A DNA stretch of 59,863 nt, counting the filler. It is 5 parts of 5 records of this genome, joined end to end, with 100 filler letters (N's around TTAATTAATTAA, not from the genome) between each part and the next. Parts side by side here need not be neighbours in the genome. Positions count along the whole stretch, not along the records: positions 1 to 13,651 come from SRR2962707_2701; 4 more parts are not named here. The stretch is one strand, 5' to 3'. The notes below the pieces were generated by a model, which saw only the letters and a list, made by a program, of their open reading frames with translations, ran no database searches and was not told where the DNA came from. The position numbers and the translations under genes are program-made. This document shows, one piece after another, positions 1-12,700 of the stretch (its first letter is position 1; each line of letters opens with the position of its first letter).

Positions 1-846
1 TAACGCATTGTCACAATGGGCGCGCATACGAATCGGTAAGGTTTCCAGGCCCTTCTGAAACACCCAGGCATTGAACGGACTCATGGTCGGGCCCGCGGAA
101 CGGATGAAACCATAAATCTCGTCCAGGTATCTCGCCGGCCCAACCACCACGCCACCGACACAACGGCCCTGGCCGTCGAGATACTTGGTGGCTGAATGAA
201 TAACGATGTCGGCGCCCTGCTCCAGTGGCCGCTGCAGCACGGGTGTGCAGAAGCAGTTGTCGACCACCAGCAAGGCATCGTTTTCGCGGGCGATCGCAGA
301 CAAGGCTGCAAGATCCGCCACTTCACACAGCGGATTGGACGGAGTTTCCAGAAACAGCATTCGGGTGGCGGGACGAACCTCAGCCTTCCACTCATCGGTA
401 TTTGTCAGGCTGACAAAGCTGGTTTCTACGCCAAATCGGGACATGTACTTCTGAAACAGGACATTGGTCGTCCCGAACACACCTCGGGAGCAGATGACAT
501 GGTCACCCGATTTCAGTAGCGACATACAGGTACTCAGGATGGCAGCCATACCCGAGGCAGTCGCAACACCACGCTCCCCTCCCTCCATGGCCGCTATTCT
601 GGCTTCAAATGCCTGCACCGTCGGGTTGGTAAACCTGGAGTAGATATTACCGGGCTCTTCGCCGCCAAAGCGGGCAGCCGCCTGGGCCGCGCTGCCATAG
701 ACAAAGCTGGAGGTCGGGAAGATCGCATCGCTGTGTTCAAGCTGCCCGGTGCGGATCTGCCCTGCCCGCACGGCCAGGGTATCAACCGACATGCCTTCCA
801 GGTCCGATTCGGGAATCCAAACTTGCTCGTCTCGGCCGAACGTCAT
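1..846 (-). CDS. metZ: O-succinylhomoserine sulfhydrylase (3' end truncated by window edge)
   Basis: Manual translation MTFGRDEQ...TLAVRAGQIRTGQLEHSDAIFPTSSFV; PLP-lysine motif HSATKYLDGQGR; AGGAG RBS; lies directly downstream of purF. Confidence 0.92.
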   Translation of the reverse strand, partial: MTFGRDEQVWIPESDLEGMSVDTLAVRAGQIRTGQLEHSDAIFPTSSFVYGSAAQAAARFGGEEPGNIYSRFTNPTVQAFEARIAAMEGGERGVATASGMAAILSTCMSLLKSGDHVICSRGVFGTTNVLFQKYMSRFGVETSFVSLTNTDEWKAEVRPATRMLFLETPSNPLCEVADLAALSAIARENDALLVVDNCFCTPVLQRPLEQGADIVIHSATKYLDGQGRCVGGVVVGPARYLDEIYGFIRSAGPTMSPFNAWVFQKGLETLPIRMRAHCDNAL

Positions 847-873
847 GGCAGTCTCCTGGCGCAGTTGCGGGTG

Positions 874-2397
874 TCAGTCTTCATCGTTGTGCAGGTCAAT
901 AATGGCATTGTCGGCATTGGCGACCTGGCTGGTTGAGCGCTTCTCGTCCTTTCGAAGATCCTCCAGCCTGGTCAGGTAAGCTTCATCCACGTCGCCGGTA
1001 ATATAATCCCCGGTGAATACCGAGCATTCCCACCCATTAATGTCTTCGTTGACATCGTTGACACAGGAAATCAGGTCATCCAGGTCCTGATACACCAACC
1101 AGTCGGCGCCGATCAGATCCCGAACCTCTTCCACCGTGCGGTCATGGGCAATCAGTTCGCTGGCCGAAGGCATGTCGATGCCGTACACGTTGGGATAGCG
1201 CACGGGGGGCGCCGCCGACGCGAAATAGACATTACGTGCTCCGGCATCACGAGCCATCTGAACAATTTCCTTACAGGTAGTGCCCCGTACGATGGAATCG
1301 TCTACCAGCATGACGTTCTTGCCACGGAATTCCAGGTCAATCGGGTTGAGCTTCTGGCGTACCGATTTCTTACGCATTTTCTGGCCGGGCATGATAAAGG
1401 TACGGCCAATGTATCGATTCTTGATAAAGCCTTCGCGGTACTTCACGCCCAACTGATGGGCCATTTGCATGGCGGACGTACGACTGGTGTCCGGAATGGG
1501 AATGACCACGTCGATATCGTGGTCGGGTCGCTCGCGCAGGACCTTGTCTGCCAGCACCTCGCCCATCCGGAGCCGGGCCTTGTAACAGGAAACGCCGTCC
1601 ATGATCGAGTCCGGACGGGCAAAATAGACATGCTCGAAAATACACGGATAGAGTTTGGGTGATTCGGCGCACTGTTCTGAATACAGGGTGCCATCGGTTT
1701 CAATATAGACGGCCTCGCCCGGAGCAATGTCACGAACGATGCTGAAACCGGCAGCATTAAGGGCGACGCTTTCCGACGCGATCATGTATTCCTGCTGGCC
1801 CTCTTCATTTTCCCGGACACCGTAGCAGGCGGGCCTGATACCGTTCGGGTCCCGGAAACCGACGATGCCATAACCGGTGATCATGGCGATAACAGCATAG
1901 GCACCTTTGCAACGCTTGTGCACTGCGCGCACAGCGGAAAAGATCTCGTCCTTGGTGGGGTTCAGCTTACCCAGCTTCTGCAGTTCGTGGGCGAACACGT
2001 TCAGCAGAACTTCCGAATCCGAGTTGGTGTTGATGTGGCGCAGATCGGTTCGGAACAGATCGCTGCTCAGCTCATCGGCATTGGTCAGGTTGCCGTTGTG
2101 CGCCAGGGTAATGCCGTAGGGGCTGTTCACATAGAAAGGCTGGGCCTCCGCTGAACTTGAGCTACCCGCCGTGGGATAACGCACATGCCCGATGCCCACG
2201 TTACCCACCAACCGGCGCATATGGCGAGTATGGAAAACATCCCGCACCAGTCCATTGTCTTTACGTAAAAAGAATCGGTTGTCCTGGAAGGTAACAATAC
2301 CCGCCGCATCCTGGCCACGGTGCTGAAGAACAGTCAGTGCATCATAAAGAAGCTGATTGACGTTGGAAGTACTGACGATACCGACAATGCCGCACAT
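874..2397 (-). CDS. purF: amidophosphoribosyltransferase
   Basis: N-terminal [19 protein letters not shown] motif [13 protein letters not shown]. Confidence 0.98.
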   Translation of the reverse strand: MCGIVGIVSTSNVNQLLYDALTVLQHRGQDAAGIVTFQDNRFFLRKDNGLVRDVFHTRHMRRLVGNVGIGHVRYPTAGSSSSAEAQPFYVNSPYGITLAHNGNLTNADELSSDLFRTDLRHINTNSDSEVLLNVFAHELQKLGKLNPTKDEIFSAVRAVHKRCKGAYAVIAMITGYGIVGFRDPNGIRPACYGVRENEEGQQEYMIASESVALNAAGFSIVRDIAPGEAVYIETDGTLYSEQCAESPKLYPCIFEHVYFARPDSIMDGVSCYKARLRMGEVLADKVLRERPDHDIDVVIPIPDTSRTSAMQMAHQLGVKYREGFIKNRYIGRTFIMPGQKMRKKSVRQKLNPIDLEFRGKNVMLVDDSIVRGTTCKEIVQMARDAGARNVYFASAAPPVRYPNVYGIDMPSASELIAHDRTVEEVRDLIGADWLVYQDLDDLISCVNDVNEDINGWECSVFTGDYITGDVDEAYLTRLEDLRKDEKRSTSQVANADNAIIDLHNDED

Positions 2398-2431
2398 GGC
2401 TGGATATATCTCCGAGTGTTAAAACTGAATG

Positions 2432-3001
2432 TTAACGGGATGCAGACGCGGGTTCCACGCCTTCAGGTTCTGCGGACGCATCCGGGGCTGTCTGAGCGCC
2501 CTGCTCCGGACCGAGGAAGCGGGCAAATTCGTCGCCGAGCGTGCGCCTGGACCAATCCTCAACTACCGCAAGGCGTTCAATCATGACCGACGTTCTCCAC
2601 CAGGTATCCTCGGCCAGCGGCGTGTAGCGCGTGAAGGCAATGGCGACAATCACAACCACAACCCCTCTGAGAAGACCAAACCCCATGCCGAGTACCCTGT
2701 CCGTTGCTGACAGGCCGGTCGCACGCACCAGGTGGCCGATCATATTGTTGATGATCGCGCCAACGATCAAGGTGCCAAAGAAAAGGATGGCAAACGCTGC
2801 AATCAACCGCACCAGCGGTGTTTCCACCGTGGACTCCAGAAGAGATTGCATCTGGGGGTGAAACGTCCGGGCGATGAGAAATGCACCAACCCAGGTAACC
2901 AGCGACAGCGCTTCACGGACGAAGCCCCGCTTCAGACTGATAAGCGTGGAGACGGCAATGAGGGCAATGATGACCCAGTCTATCCAGATCAGCGCTTCCA
3001 T
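2432..3001 (-). CDS. cvpA: colicin V production membrane protein
   Basis: WIDW...RGFVREALSL, DRVLGMGFGLLRG; immediately upstream of purF. Confidence 0.95.
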   Translation of the reverse strand: MEALIWIDWVIIALIAVSTLISLKRGFVREALSLVTWVGAFLIARTFHPQMQSLLESTVETPLVRLIAAFAILFFGTLIVGAIINNMIGHLVRATGLSATDRVLGMGFGLLRGVVVVIVAIAFTRYTPLAEDTWWRTSVMIERLAVVEDWSRRTLGDEFARFLGPEQGAQTAPDASAEPEGVEPASASR

Positions 3002-3094
3002 GGAAAACCCGGTGGAGAAAACGAAAGGCGGATTCTAACAGGAAACCGGGTGACACCAAACTGCCGAAGCCAGATTAAATCCGGCAACGGCCAG

Positions 3095-3766
3095 TTATTT
3101 GTCGCCGGTGGTGACCAGGCTGTTCAAGCCGAAGGCTTTATCAAGGGCCGCCTTGGCTTTCTGGGCATCGTCTTTGTTGACGAACGGGCCGCTGAATACC
3201 CGGGTCAGGGTGCTATCGCCGCGATCAACCTGTTGCAGGTGGGCGCCGTACCCCATGTCGAGAACCTTGTCCCGCAAACGCCGGGCGTTGTCCTGGTTAC
3301 CAAAACTGCCAAGCTGCACCACCCACGCACCTTCAAGTGAACCCGTAAACTCGGCCTTATCGCCAGGTTCTGCAGCGCCTGTGGAGGCAGCATCTTGTTT
3401 TTCGGCTGGCGCCGCAGGCTCCGGCTCAGCGGAGGATTCTGCCGGTACTGGTTCCACCTGTTGGGAATTTGGCTCCGGGGCGGGCTCCTCCTCGGCAACA
3501 GCGTTTTCCTCGATGATCCGGAAACCGGCCGCCGGCTCGTCGTTAACGGGCGGCGCGGAACTCCTGGGTGCCTCTGCGCCGACGGTCTTGTTATCCGGAT
3601 ACTGAGATTCAGGCATCTCAACTTCGGGGAACGGAGGTTCCTCGGGAATGGTGATGGGGGTTGACTGTCTTTGGGAATGGGGCTCGTCAAAAATCATCGG
3701 CACGAAAATAACCGCGAGTGAAACCAGCACCAGTGCGCCAATGATCCGCTGCTTCAGTCCATCCAC
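3095..3766 (-). CDS. dedD: SPOR-domain cell division protein
   Basis: LKQRIIGALVLVSLAVIFVP anchor, Pro/Glu-rich linker, C-terminal SPOR domain WVVQLGSF...RVFSGPF; folC-dedD-cvpA synteny. Confidence 0.9.
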   Translation of the reverse strand: MDGLKQRIIGALVLVSLAVIFVPMIFDEPHSQRQSTPITIPEEPPFPEVEMPESQYPDNKTVGAEAPRSSAPPVNDEPAAGFRIIEENAVAEEEPAPEPNSQQVEPVPAESSAEPEPAAPAEKQDAASTGAAEPGDKAEFTGSLEGAWVVQLGSFGNQDNARRLRDKVLDMGYGAHLQQVDRGDSTLTRVFSGPFVNKDDAQKAKAALDKAFGLNSLVTTGDK

Positions 3767-3858
3767 CTGAGAGGGCTCCCGTTAACAACCTGTTTGATCA
3801 CGATACTAACCGGCCACTCGCCAGAACTCAAAGCTTCCTAGGGGCCTATGGACAAACT

Positions 3859-5181
3859 TTAAGACGCTTCCGAAGCCGGCAGAAGCTCTTCCCTGGCCAG
3901 AGCAACCGTGAAGAACGAACCGAACACCACGACCCGATCACCGGACACTGCCTCGCCCATGGCCGCTGCGAGAGCCTCCGACACAGAATCAAAAACGCCG
4001 GGCGTTCCCTGAAATGGCACGCTTGCGATACGCTTCATCAGGCTGTCGGAATCAAGCCCTCTGGCAACATTCAGGCCCGCCAGGTACCACTGATCAACGA
4101 CGGACGACATGGCACCGACCACACCCTCCACGTCCTTGTCTCCCAACGCGCCGTACACAGCCAGGATACGCCCGTGGCCATCACCATCACATCGAAGGCT
4201 ACGGAGGTTGTCAGCGAGCCAGGCAGCAGCATGGGGGTTGTGACCAACGTCTATAATGACATCCGGATCGTGATGAATGGTTTCAAACCGGCCTGGAACC
4301 CGCACGCTATGTATCGCATGCTGAAGGCTTTCCAGTGAAAGCTCCGGTACGAGTTGCCGGGAGAGCACCGCCGCAGCCGCCACACTCTGGACAGGCAAGG
4401 GGCCGGCTGGCAACTCTATCTTCTCGTCGCCAATAGTGAGCAAAACCTGTCCGGGAGCACCGGGCGCAAGCGTATAATCACGACCGGTGAGCTTCAGCGC
4501 CACCTTCTGCGCCGCGGCCTGTTGAAGGACCGAGGATGGAGGATTTGGATCCGCACAAACGGCGGGTATACCCGGTCTGAGGATCCCCGCTTTTTCAAAA
4601 CCAATGACTTCCCGGTTATCCCCCAGAAAACCAATATGATCGATATCTACTGACGTGATCACCGCGTAGTCCGGGTCCAGCACGTTGACTGCATCCAGGC
4701 GACCTCCCAACCCGACTTCCAGCACCCAATTCTCAACGCCGGCGTCTGCAAATGCGACAAAAGCGGCCAGCGTTCCGAATTCAAAATAGGTCAGAGTCAC
4801 CCCGCGGCGAGCCGCCTCCACCCGCTCGAAGGCGGTCACCAGGGCCGCATCGGAAATCTCCTGGCCACCAATCCGAACCCGCTCGTTATAGCGGAACAGA
4901 TGCGGGGACATATAAGCCCCGGTGCTCCTGCCGGCTGCCAGCAAAATCGACTCAAGTGCCGTAACCGTGGTGCCTTTGCCATTGGTCCCTGCCACGGTAA
5001 TGATGCGAGCCTGAGGCTTGCGCGGGAACAACCGCCGCAGAACCACCAGTACCCGGTCCAGGCCGAGATCTATTTCTGTGGGATGAATGGCTTCGAGCCA
5101 GTGCAGCCATTCTTGAACAGACGCCCCGAGGGCCGGAGGCCCAACGGGGGCTGAGGAGGATTCAGTGCCCTTCTGGTTCAT
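3859..5181 (-). CDS. folC: bifunctional folylpolyglutamate/dihydrofolate synthase
   Basis: [33 protein letters not shown]; start chosen at the ATG overlapping the accD 3' end. Confidence 0.95.
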   Translation of the reverse strand: MNQKGTESSSAPVGPPALGASVQEWLHWLEAIHPTEIDLGLDRVLVVLRRLFPRKPQARIITVAGTNGKGTTVTALESILLAAGRSTGAYMSPHLFRYNERVRIGGQEISDAALVTAFERVEAARRGVTLTYFEFGTLAAFVAFADAGVENWVLEVGLGGRLDAVNVLDPDYAVITSVDIDHIGFLGDNREVIGFEKAGILRPGIPAVCADPNPPSSVLQQAAAQKVALKLTGRDYTLAPGAPGQVLLTIGDEKIELPAGPLPVQSVAAAAVLSRQLVPELSLESLQHAIHSVRVPGRFETIHHDPDVIIDVGHNPHAAAWLADNLRSLRCDGDGHGRILAVYGALGDKDVEGVVGAMSSVVDQWYLAGLNVARGLDSDSLMKRIASVPFQGTPGVFDSVSEALAAAMGEAVSGDRVVVFGSFFTVALAREELLPASEAS

Positions 5182-6091
5182 CAACGTCCGGCTTTTCAGT
5201 AACTTCAAATTCGATGGGGGCTTCGGTGCCGGGCTTTTCCTGGGCAGTAAACTTGGCCAACAGATGGGCGATGCGCTCACGCATCTGATGACGATGCAGA
5301 ATCATATCAATCGCACCATGTTCCAGCAGAAATTCGCTGCGCTGGAAACCTTCCGGCAGTTTCTCGCGCACGGTTTGCTCAATAACCCGTGGGCCCGCGA
5401 AACCGATCAGAGCGTAAGGTTCAGCAATATTGAGGTCACCCAGCATAGCGAGGCTGGCCGATACACCACCAAAGACCGGATCGGTCATAACCGAAATGTA
5501 CGGTATGCCTTCCTGCTTGAGCTTCTCCAACACCGCCGCGGTCTTGGCCATCTGCATTAAAGACAGTATGGCTTCCTGCATGCGGGCACCGCCACTGGCG
5601 GAAAAGCAGACCAAGGGAATCCGGTGCTCAAGAGCCACATTCGCTGCCTGGACAAACTTCTCGCCAACCACCTGACCCATCGAACCGCCCAGGAAGTTGA
5701 ACTCGAACGCGCAGGCAACCAAAGGGACACCCATGGTTGTGCCACGCATGGCAATCAGCGCATCTTTTTCGCCGGTCGCTTTCTGCGCCGCCGCGAGTCG
5801 GTCCTTGTAGCGCTTGCTGTCTTTGAACTTCAGCCGATCTGACGGTTCGAGGTGAGCTGCCAACTCCTCACGCCCGTCTTTGTCCAGAAAGATATCCAGT
5901 CGACGACGTGCAGACACCCGCAGATGGTGATTACACTTGGGGCAAACGTCCAGGTTCTTCTCGAGCTCCGGCTTGTACAGGAATGCGCCGCATTTGGGGC
6001 ATTTCTTCCATAACCCTTCCGGCACTCCGGTACGTTGCCGTGATTCCGAGCGAATCTTGCTCGGCATGATTTTGTCCAGCCAGTTACTCAT
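5162..6091 (-). CDS. accD: acetyl-CoA carboxylase carboxyltransferase beta subunit
   Basis: GLWKKCPKC...CPKC zinc ribbon, [23 protein letters not shown]. Confidence 0.98.
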   Translation of the reverse strand: MSNWLDKIMPSKIRSESRQRTGVPEGLWKKCPKCGAFLYKPELEKNLDVCPKCNHHLRVSARRRLDIFLDKDGREELAAHLEPSDRLKFKDSKRYKDRLAAAQKATGEKDALIAMRGTTMGVPLVACAFEFNFLGGSMGQVVGEKFVQAANVALEHRIPLVCFSASGGARMQEAILSLMQMAKTAAVLEKLKQEGIPYISVMTDPVFGGVSASLAMLGDLNIAEPYALIGFAGPRVIEQTVREKLPEGFQRSEFLLEHGAIDMILHRHQMRERIAHLLAKFTAQEKPGTEAPIEFEVTEKPDVDEPEGH

Positions 6092-6129
6092 GCTCTCGTC
6101 CTGTCCTTTGATGCCTGGATAATGCCCGC

Positions 6130-6942
6130 TCAGTGAGCGAGGCCGTCCAGCGCTTCGCGCATCGGGTGCAGCAGATCCGTCAGCGCGTTACGCAAAGCGT
6201 CAGGATCTGTCTGATGTCGGGCTATTGTATCGACCAGAACACTGCCAACAATTACACCATCGGATACTCTGCCTACTGCAGCGGCAGTTTCCGCATCCCT
6301 GATACCAAAGCCCACACCCACCGGTAACGCCGTGAGCTCGTGCACGTGGGCCACTTTCTTCGCGACTTCATCAACATCAATGGTTGCGGACCCGGTCACG
6401 CCCTTGATAGAAACATAGTACACATAGCCGGATGAGTGCTCGCTGATCGCCTTGATCCGGTCATCCGTGGTTGTCGGCGCCAAAAGGAAAACCGGATCCA
6501 GATGGCGGTCGGCAAACAGCGGTGCTACCTGATCAGCCTCTTCGGGAGGCAGGTCAACCGTCAGAACACCATCGACACCTGCGTCCGCTGCCGCATCTGC
6601 AAACGCTTCATAGCCCATGGCCTCCATCGGGTTCAGATAACCCATCAGCACCACCGGGGTATCCGGATCGGTCTTTCGGAACTCCTTGACCATCGCCATC
6701 ACCTGACGCAGCGACGTACCGTGCTTGAGCGCCCTTTCACAGGCCAGCTGAATCACCGGACCATCAGCCATCGGGTCCGAGAACGGCACGCCCAGCTCGA
6801 TAATATCAGCACCGGCAGAGACCAGGGTATGCATCAGGCTGACCGTCTGATCCGGATGTGGATCGCCCGCTGTAATATAGGGAATCAGCGCCTTGCGGCC
6901 CTGCTCTTTCAATGCTTTCAATACGCCTTCAATTCGGCTCAT
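6130..6942 (-). CDS. trpA: tryptophan synthase alpha chain
   Basis: [26 protein letters not shown]. Confidence 0.98.
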   Translation of the reverse strand: MSRIEGVLKALKEQGRKALIPYITAGDPHPDQTVSLMHTLVSAGADIIELGVPFSDPMADGPVIQLACERALKHGTSLRQVMAMVKEFRKTDPDTPVVLMGYLNPMEAMGYEAFADAAADAGVDGVLTVDLPPEEADQVAPLFADRHLDPVFLLAPTTTDDRIKAISEHSSGYVYYVSIKGVTGSATIDVDEVAKKVAHVHELTALPVGVGFGIRDAETAAAVGRVSDGVIVGSVLVDTIARHQTDPDALRNALTDLLHPMREALDGLAH

Positions 6943-6959
6943 GCCTGCTCCTGATACCT

Positions 6960-8180
6960 TCAGATCTCAATGCCATCAAGCTGGGCAATGGTGTGAATAT
7001 CCTTGTCGCCGCGACCGGAGATGTTGATCACCAGCATTTGGTCCTTGTCCATGGTTGCGGCCAGCTTCACGCCATAAGCCACGGCGTGCGCGGTTTCCAG
7101 CGCCGGCATAATCCCTTCCACGCGTGTCAGTTTACGGAAGCCATCCAGGGCCTCGTCATCAGTCACTGACACATAATTGGCTCGACCAATGTCTTTCAAC
7201 CAAGCATGTTCGGGCCCCACTCCGGGATAGTCCAGACCAGCACTAACGGAATGTGTTCCGGCGATCTGGCCATTCTCATCTTCCATCAGGTAGGTCCGGT
7301 TACCATGCAGTACTCCGGGGCGACCGGCACAAAGCGGCGCCGCATGTTGTCCGGTTTCAATCCCCAGACCACCGGCTTCAACACCATAAAGCTCCACGGA
7401 CTCATCCGCCAGGAACGGATAGAACATACCAATGGCGTTAGAACCGCCACCGACGCAGGCCACCAGTGCGTCCGGCAGTTTACCCACTTTTTCCATGGCC
7501 TGTTTACGGATTTCTCGCCCAATCACCGACTGGAAATCACGCACCAGTAAAGGATAGGGATGCGGCCCTGCCACAGTGCCGATGATGTAGAAAGTATCAT
7601 CCACATTCGCGACCCAGTCGCGCATGGCATCATTCATGGCATCCTTAAGGGTTTTCGTACCGCTCTGAACGGCATGGACGGTCGCGCCCAGCAGTTTCAT
7701 GCGGTACACGTTCAGGGACTGACGCTTGACGTCTTCTGCCCCCATGAATACGTGACATTCAAGGCCCAGACGGGCACAAACCGTGGCGGTGGCTACACCA
7801 TGTTGACCGGCGCCAGTTTCTGCAATGATGCGCTTCTTGCCCAGAAAACTGGCCAGCAGGGCCTGGCCAATGGTGTTATTCACCTTATGGGCACCGGTGT
7901 GGTTGAGGTCTTCGCGCTTGAGCCAGATTTGTGCGCCACCGGCTTCCCGAGTCAGGCGCTCTGCGAAATACAGCGGGCTGGGACGGCCAACATAATCGGC
8001 GAGGTCATTATCAAAAGTCGCCTGGAATTCCGGATCCTCCTTCAACCGAAGGTACTCCTTTTCCAGGGTCATCAGAGAATCCATCAGGGTTTCTGAAACA
8101 AACCGTCCACCAAAGGCACCGAAGTGACCTCTCGCATCAGGAAGCGCCTTCAACATTTCTTCAGTCAGTTTTACAGACAC
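6960..8180 (-). CDS. trpB: tryptophan synthase beta chain
   Basis: [39 protein letters not shown] start overlapping the trpF end. Confidence 0.97.
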   Translation of the reverse strand: MSVKLTEEMLKALPDARGHFGAFGGRFVSETLMDSLMTLEKEYLRLKEDPEFQATFDNDLADYVGRPSPLYFAERLTREAGGAQIWLKREDLNHTGAHKVNNTIGQALLASFLGKKRIIAETGAGQHGVATATVCARLGLECHVFMGAEDVKRQSLNVYRMKLLGATVHAVQSGTKTLKDAMNDAMRDWVANVDDTFYIIGTVAGPHPYPLLVRDFQSVIGREIRKQAMEKVGKLPDALVACVGGGSNAIGMFYPFLADESVELYGVEAGGLGIETGQHAAPLCAGRPGVLHGNRTYLMEDENGQIAGTHSVSAGLDYPGVGPEHAWLKDIGRANYVSVTDDEALDGFRKLTRVEGIMPALETAHAVAYGVKLAATMDKDQMLVINISGRGDKDIHTIAQLDGIEI

Positions 8181-8790
8181 GGTGAACCTCTTTGAAAAAT
8201 TGAGACAATTTGGTGGCGTCTTTCTTACCCTTGCTCTCTTCCACCCCACCGCTGACGTCAACAGCCCAGGGGCGTACCTGCTCAATCGCGCGGGCTACGT
8301 TATCAGATGACAACCCACCGGCCAATATCAGGGGCAAGGGCCTGCTTTCAGGAATCAGTGACCAGTTGAACGACTGGCCGGTACCGCCATAGCGGTTTGG
8401 ATCCCAGGCGTCCACCAACAAACCGGACGCCTGATGATAATCGGCAAACGCCTGTTCGATCTGTCCGGGCTCACGCACCCTGACGGCCTTGATCCAGCGC
8501 CGGCCAAAAGACTGGCAGAACTCCGGACTCTCATCGCCATGGAACTGCAGGAGATCCAGTGGCACAGCATCCAGAACTGCTTCGACATAATCCCGCTCAG
8601 GATTCACGAACAGTCCAGTAACCGCCACGAACGCAGGAACCTTGGCGGCCAGGATTCGGGCCTGCTCCAGATCGACCGCTCTAGGGCTCGGCGCATAAAA
8701 CACCAGACCTACGGCATCGGCGCCACAGGCTACCGCGGCTTCCACATCCTGCGGGCGCGTCAGGCCACATATTTTTACGCGGGCTGTCAT
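8161..8790 (-). CDS. trpF: phosphoribosylanthranilate isomerase
   Basis: [31 protein letters not shown]. Confidence 0.97.
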   Translation of the reverse strand: MTARVKICGLTRPQDVEAAVACGADAVGLVFYAPSPRAVDLEQARILAAKVPAFVAVTGLFVNPERDYVEAVLDAVPLDLLQFHGDESPEFCQSFGRRWIKAVRVREPGQIEQAFADYHQASGLLVDAWDPNRYGGTGQSFNWSLIPESRPLPLILAGGLSSDNVARAIEQVRPWAVDVSGGVEESKGKKDATKLSQFFKEVHRVCKTD

Positions 8791-9695
8791 GCAGGAGCCT
8801 TTCCCTGTTTCGGGTGTATGTGAGTTGGTGTGATCGGCGCGTTGCTGGCCGGGTCAAACCAGGGAGTAACGAACGCCGGTCCACACAATGCCTTGGGAAT
8901 CCCGAAGGACTCAGGATAACCGACATCCACCAGGTAGAGCCCGTAAGGAGGGGCGGTCACACCGGCAAGTTTGCGATCACGGCGTTCCAGAATATCACCA
9001 ATCCAGCCTTCAGGCTGCTGACCATTACCAACCGCCATCAAGGCACCGGCAATATTGCGTACCATATGATGAAGAAAGGCGTTGGCCTGCACATCTATTA
9101 CGACAAACTCTCCGCATCGGGTTACCGAAATCTGCTCCAGAAACCGAACCGGAGTCCGGGACTGGCAACCGGCAGCGCGAAATGAGGAGAAGTCATGCTC
9201 GCCGACCAGTGCCTGGGCTGCACAATGCATTCTTTCGGCATCCAACGGACGAAATGTCCAGGACACCTGTCCACGCTGGATCCCCGGGCGCACCGGATGA
9301 TTGTAGATCACATACCGGTAACGTCGGTAAATCGCGGAAAACCTGGCGTGAAAATCGCCCTGACCGTTCCCTGCCCAGTGCACAGAAATGTCATCAGGTA
9401 ATGCCGTGTTCATTCCCATGACCCAGGAACGAAGGTTTCGAACCGATGGCGTGTCAAAATGGGCTACCTGAAAACTGGCATGCACGCCGGCGTCGGTGCG
9501 GCCTGCACACACCAGGTCGACCGGATGGTCGGCAACGCGGGCCGCGGCCCGGGAAAGTTCTGCCTCCACCGAACGCACGCCACTCTTCTGCAATTGCCAG
9601 CCATGAAAAGCCTGACCGTCGTACTCAAAGATGATGGCAACCCGTCCATTACCAATGGCGTTATCTGTGGTGAGAGGCTGAGGCGTGAGGAACAA
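8787..9695 (-). CDS. truA: tRNA pseudouridine(38-40) synthase
   Basis: [36 protein letters not shown]. Confidence 0.97.
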   Translation of the reverse strand: MFLTPQPLTTDNAIGNGRVAIIFEYDGQAFHGWQLQKSGVRSVEAELSRAAARVADHPVDLVCAGRTDAGVHASFQVAHFDTPSVRNLRSWVMGMNTALPDDISVHWAGNGQGDFHARFSAIYRRYRYVIYNHPVRPGIQRGQVSWTFRPLDAERMHCAAQALVGEHDFSSFRAAGCQSRTPVRFLEQISVTRCGEFVVIDVQANAFLHHMVRNIAGALMAVGNGQQPEGWIGDILERRDRKLAGVTAPPYGLYLVDVGYPESFGIPKALCGPAFVTPWFDPASNAPITPTHIHPKQGKAPA

Positions 9696-9720
9696 GTGCT
9701 GACCCGATTGCTGTCCACTG

Positions 9721-9756
9721 AAAAAGCAAAACGCCGGCTCAATGGCCGGCGCTTGC
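9721..9756 (-). terminator. putative intrinsic terminator after fimV
   Basis: Minus strand CGCCGGC-CATTGA-GCCGGCG followed by TTTTGCTTTTT. Confidence 0.6.
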
Positions 9757-9779
9757 CGCGGTTAGTTGATTATAACGAA

Positions 9780-12700
9780 TCAGGAGAGATTTTTAAGAAG
9801 CTCTTGTGCTTCTGCCTTCTGTTCTTCGCTACCCTCAAGAGCAACTTCCTCCAGAATATCCCTGGCACCGTCGCTGTCACCCATTTCGATGTAGGCCCGT
9901 GCAAGATCAAGTTTGGTGGCGGCTTCATCGGTACCGGCGAGGAAATCAAAGTCATCCTCGTCGTCCAGAGCGCTCTCATCAATATCCAACCCGCTATCAC
10001 TGCGAGTGGAGCCTTCATCGAGTGAGTCTGACGCCACAGGCACTACTTCGTCCTCCAGCTCTTCAGGAGCCGGTTCGGCCTCAGCAACCTCTTCTGTCTG
10101 CTCCGCCAGCTCTTCCGGATTCTGCTGGTCAACGCCCGGCTCATCACCCTCGGATTCGCTGAGCGCATCTTCCAGCCCAAGCTCATCTTCCAGGGATGGT
10201 TCGTCTTCCTGAGGACCTGCAGGCTCTCCGTTATCAGAGAACTCTTCCATCAGCGCCAGATCTTCATCAGACACATCCAGCTCCAGGTCATCCAGATCAG
10301 ATTCGCCGAGCTCCAGTTCAGAGGGGTCTTCATCCTCGCCGGCAACCTTATCCAGCTCCGCATCAAGCTCGTCCAGGAAGGACTCGTCAAGCGAATCAGA
10401 CTCCAGGTCCAGATCCGATACCTCGGTGTCCTCCGGCTTAACTGGCTCTTCTTCCGTCGGCTCAAGGTCGTCATCAAGATCGAAGCCCAGCTCAAGATCG
10501 TCTTCCTGATCCGAAACGGTACCAGACTGATCCGCCTCAACCGGCTCCGCTTCATCGGTTTCTAAGGACGGCTCATCTGAACCGGCGAGTGCGTCGTCTT
10601 CAAAGGCCGACTCGAAATCCAGACTGAAGTCCTCTTCTTTGGATTCGGAAGTCCCGGTTGCCTCATCCAGACCGGAATCCAGATCAAGTGAAGCGTAATC
10701 AGTTTCGGTGGCGGACTCGTCTTCAGACTCCGGTTCTTCACCAATGCCGGACAGATCGTACTCAATCATGTCATCCCGGCCATCGGATTCTTTGCTGACA
10801 TCGGATTCCAGCTCACCGAACTCGTTTTCATCAGCGGGCTCTGAAGTGGCTTCAAATTCGTCAGCTTTCAGCTCGTCAGAGATATCCCAGTCATCCGAAG
10901 CATGCTCGGTGGCCGGCTCTTGCTCTGGCTGACTGCCAAACGAATCCGAGCGCAGTTGGAATTCAAGGTCGTCGATGCTGGGCATCGCTTCAGCTTCAGC
11001 AAGGCGCTCCCGGAGGGATTCAGCTTCCTGGATAGCTGCCTCATCATCCAGCGCTTCAACTTCACGGTACTGCTTTTCAAACGCGTCGCGGTCCTGATTG
11101 TCCGCATACACAGACAACAGCTTCAGGCGCAGATCAGTACGGCTGGGCTCACGTGAAATGGCGTTCTCGAGCACCTGGGCTGCCTGATCGTGACGACCGT
11201 AAGCAACATAGGTTTCTGCTTCGGCAATGGCATCACCGGCTTCCGCTTCTGCCTCATCCTCATCTTCGAGACTGAGGTCGAACGAATCACCGCCTTCGCC
11301 TTCATCACTGTTCAACTGGTCGTAGAATTCTTTTTCGCGATTGGCATTGCGTCGTGCCACGAGCAACAACAACAGAAGCAGAAGGATAAGACCACCACCG
11401 AGGGCAATCTGATACATCGGATTGTTCAGAATACCGTCAATAATGTTACCCGGAAATGCCTTTTCAGGCGCCGTTACTGGTTGCAGCGGCTTTGGCTGCT
11501 GGGCCTGGGGAACGGCCGCTGGCTCAGGTTCAGATGATGATTCCTGCTCGGTAACCGCAGGCTGCTCTGCCACCACCTCATCCGCAGCGCCCGCGTCGAC
11601 ATCACCACCAAACGGCTCTTCACCTGCAATATCAGCTTCGTCCGGGGCCATGGCGCTATCTTCTTCCGCCATCGCTGTGTCGGCCGATTCACCATCAGCG
11701 GCTTCATCAGACTGGCCGTCTGATACCGGTTCTTCGCCGGTGCCGGCACCCAGATCACCTTCTACAGGTGTGGTCGCCGGTTCAGCGTCAGACTCGGTCA
11801 CGCCAGTGTCGGTCGGGGCCGGAGACTCTTCCTCCGACACCATACCCTGCATGTCCGCCAGTTGGCTGTTCTTCAGCTCCAGCAACCGCTGCAGGGTCTC
11901 AACCTGATCCTGCAGATCCTGGACACGGGTATTGAGCTCGTCATTTTCGCGTTTTGCGGCTTCCAGCTCTTCCAACGCAACTGCGGAACCGGCATCAACA
12001 CCGCCAGGCAGATCACCGTCACCACCGGCAGAACCACCGTCTTCGGTAGACCGGGATTCCGATTCATCGGCAACCAGCAGGCGCAACTCATCACCCGCTG
12101 CCGCCTGAGTAGCACCCTGGACTGCTGCGGCCCGGGCGGTATCCGTTGCATCAACGGTTCTCGGAGACTGGAATTCCTGGTTCTGCTGTGCAACTACCCG
12201 GTTGGCTTCAGCGCGGCTACGGCTCCGAATCTGATCCAGAGAGGGAATCCGCAACACCTCACCACGCTTCAGGCGGTTAATATTCCCGCCAATGAACGCG
12301 TTAGGATTCTGATCCTGAATCGCGAGCATAACCTGCTGCATGGAAACCGAACCATCCGGACGTACCTGCTGGGCAATGGTCCAGAGTGTGTCGGATGGCC
12401 CTGTCGGACCAAACGTATCTGCCTGATAGCCACGCGACACAGAGCCTTCTGCTGCCGCCTGGCGGCGGACAGATTCCTGGCTGCGCGCCGGCTGCTGTCT
12501 GGTGGCTGTCGTGGCCGGAGCACTGACTTGCTCCTCAATACCAGATTCCTCGGCGTAGACCGGAGGATCGACCAGCACGGCATATTCCCGCATCAGGCGA
12601 CCATTGGGCCAGGTCAGCTCGAGGAGGAAATTCAGATACGGCTCGCGTACCGGCGCCCGGGAGGAAACATTGATGGCCAGATTGCCATCCGTCCCGGTAA

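Noticed and set aside
9780-12000. Very acidic low-complexity region as a novel repeat protein
   Set aside because: This is the normal D/E-rich cytoplasmic region of FimV/HubP.
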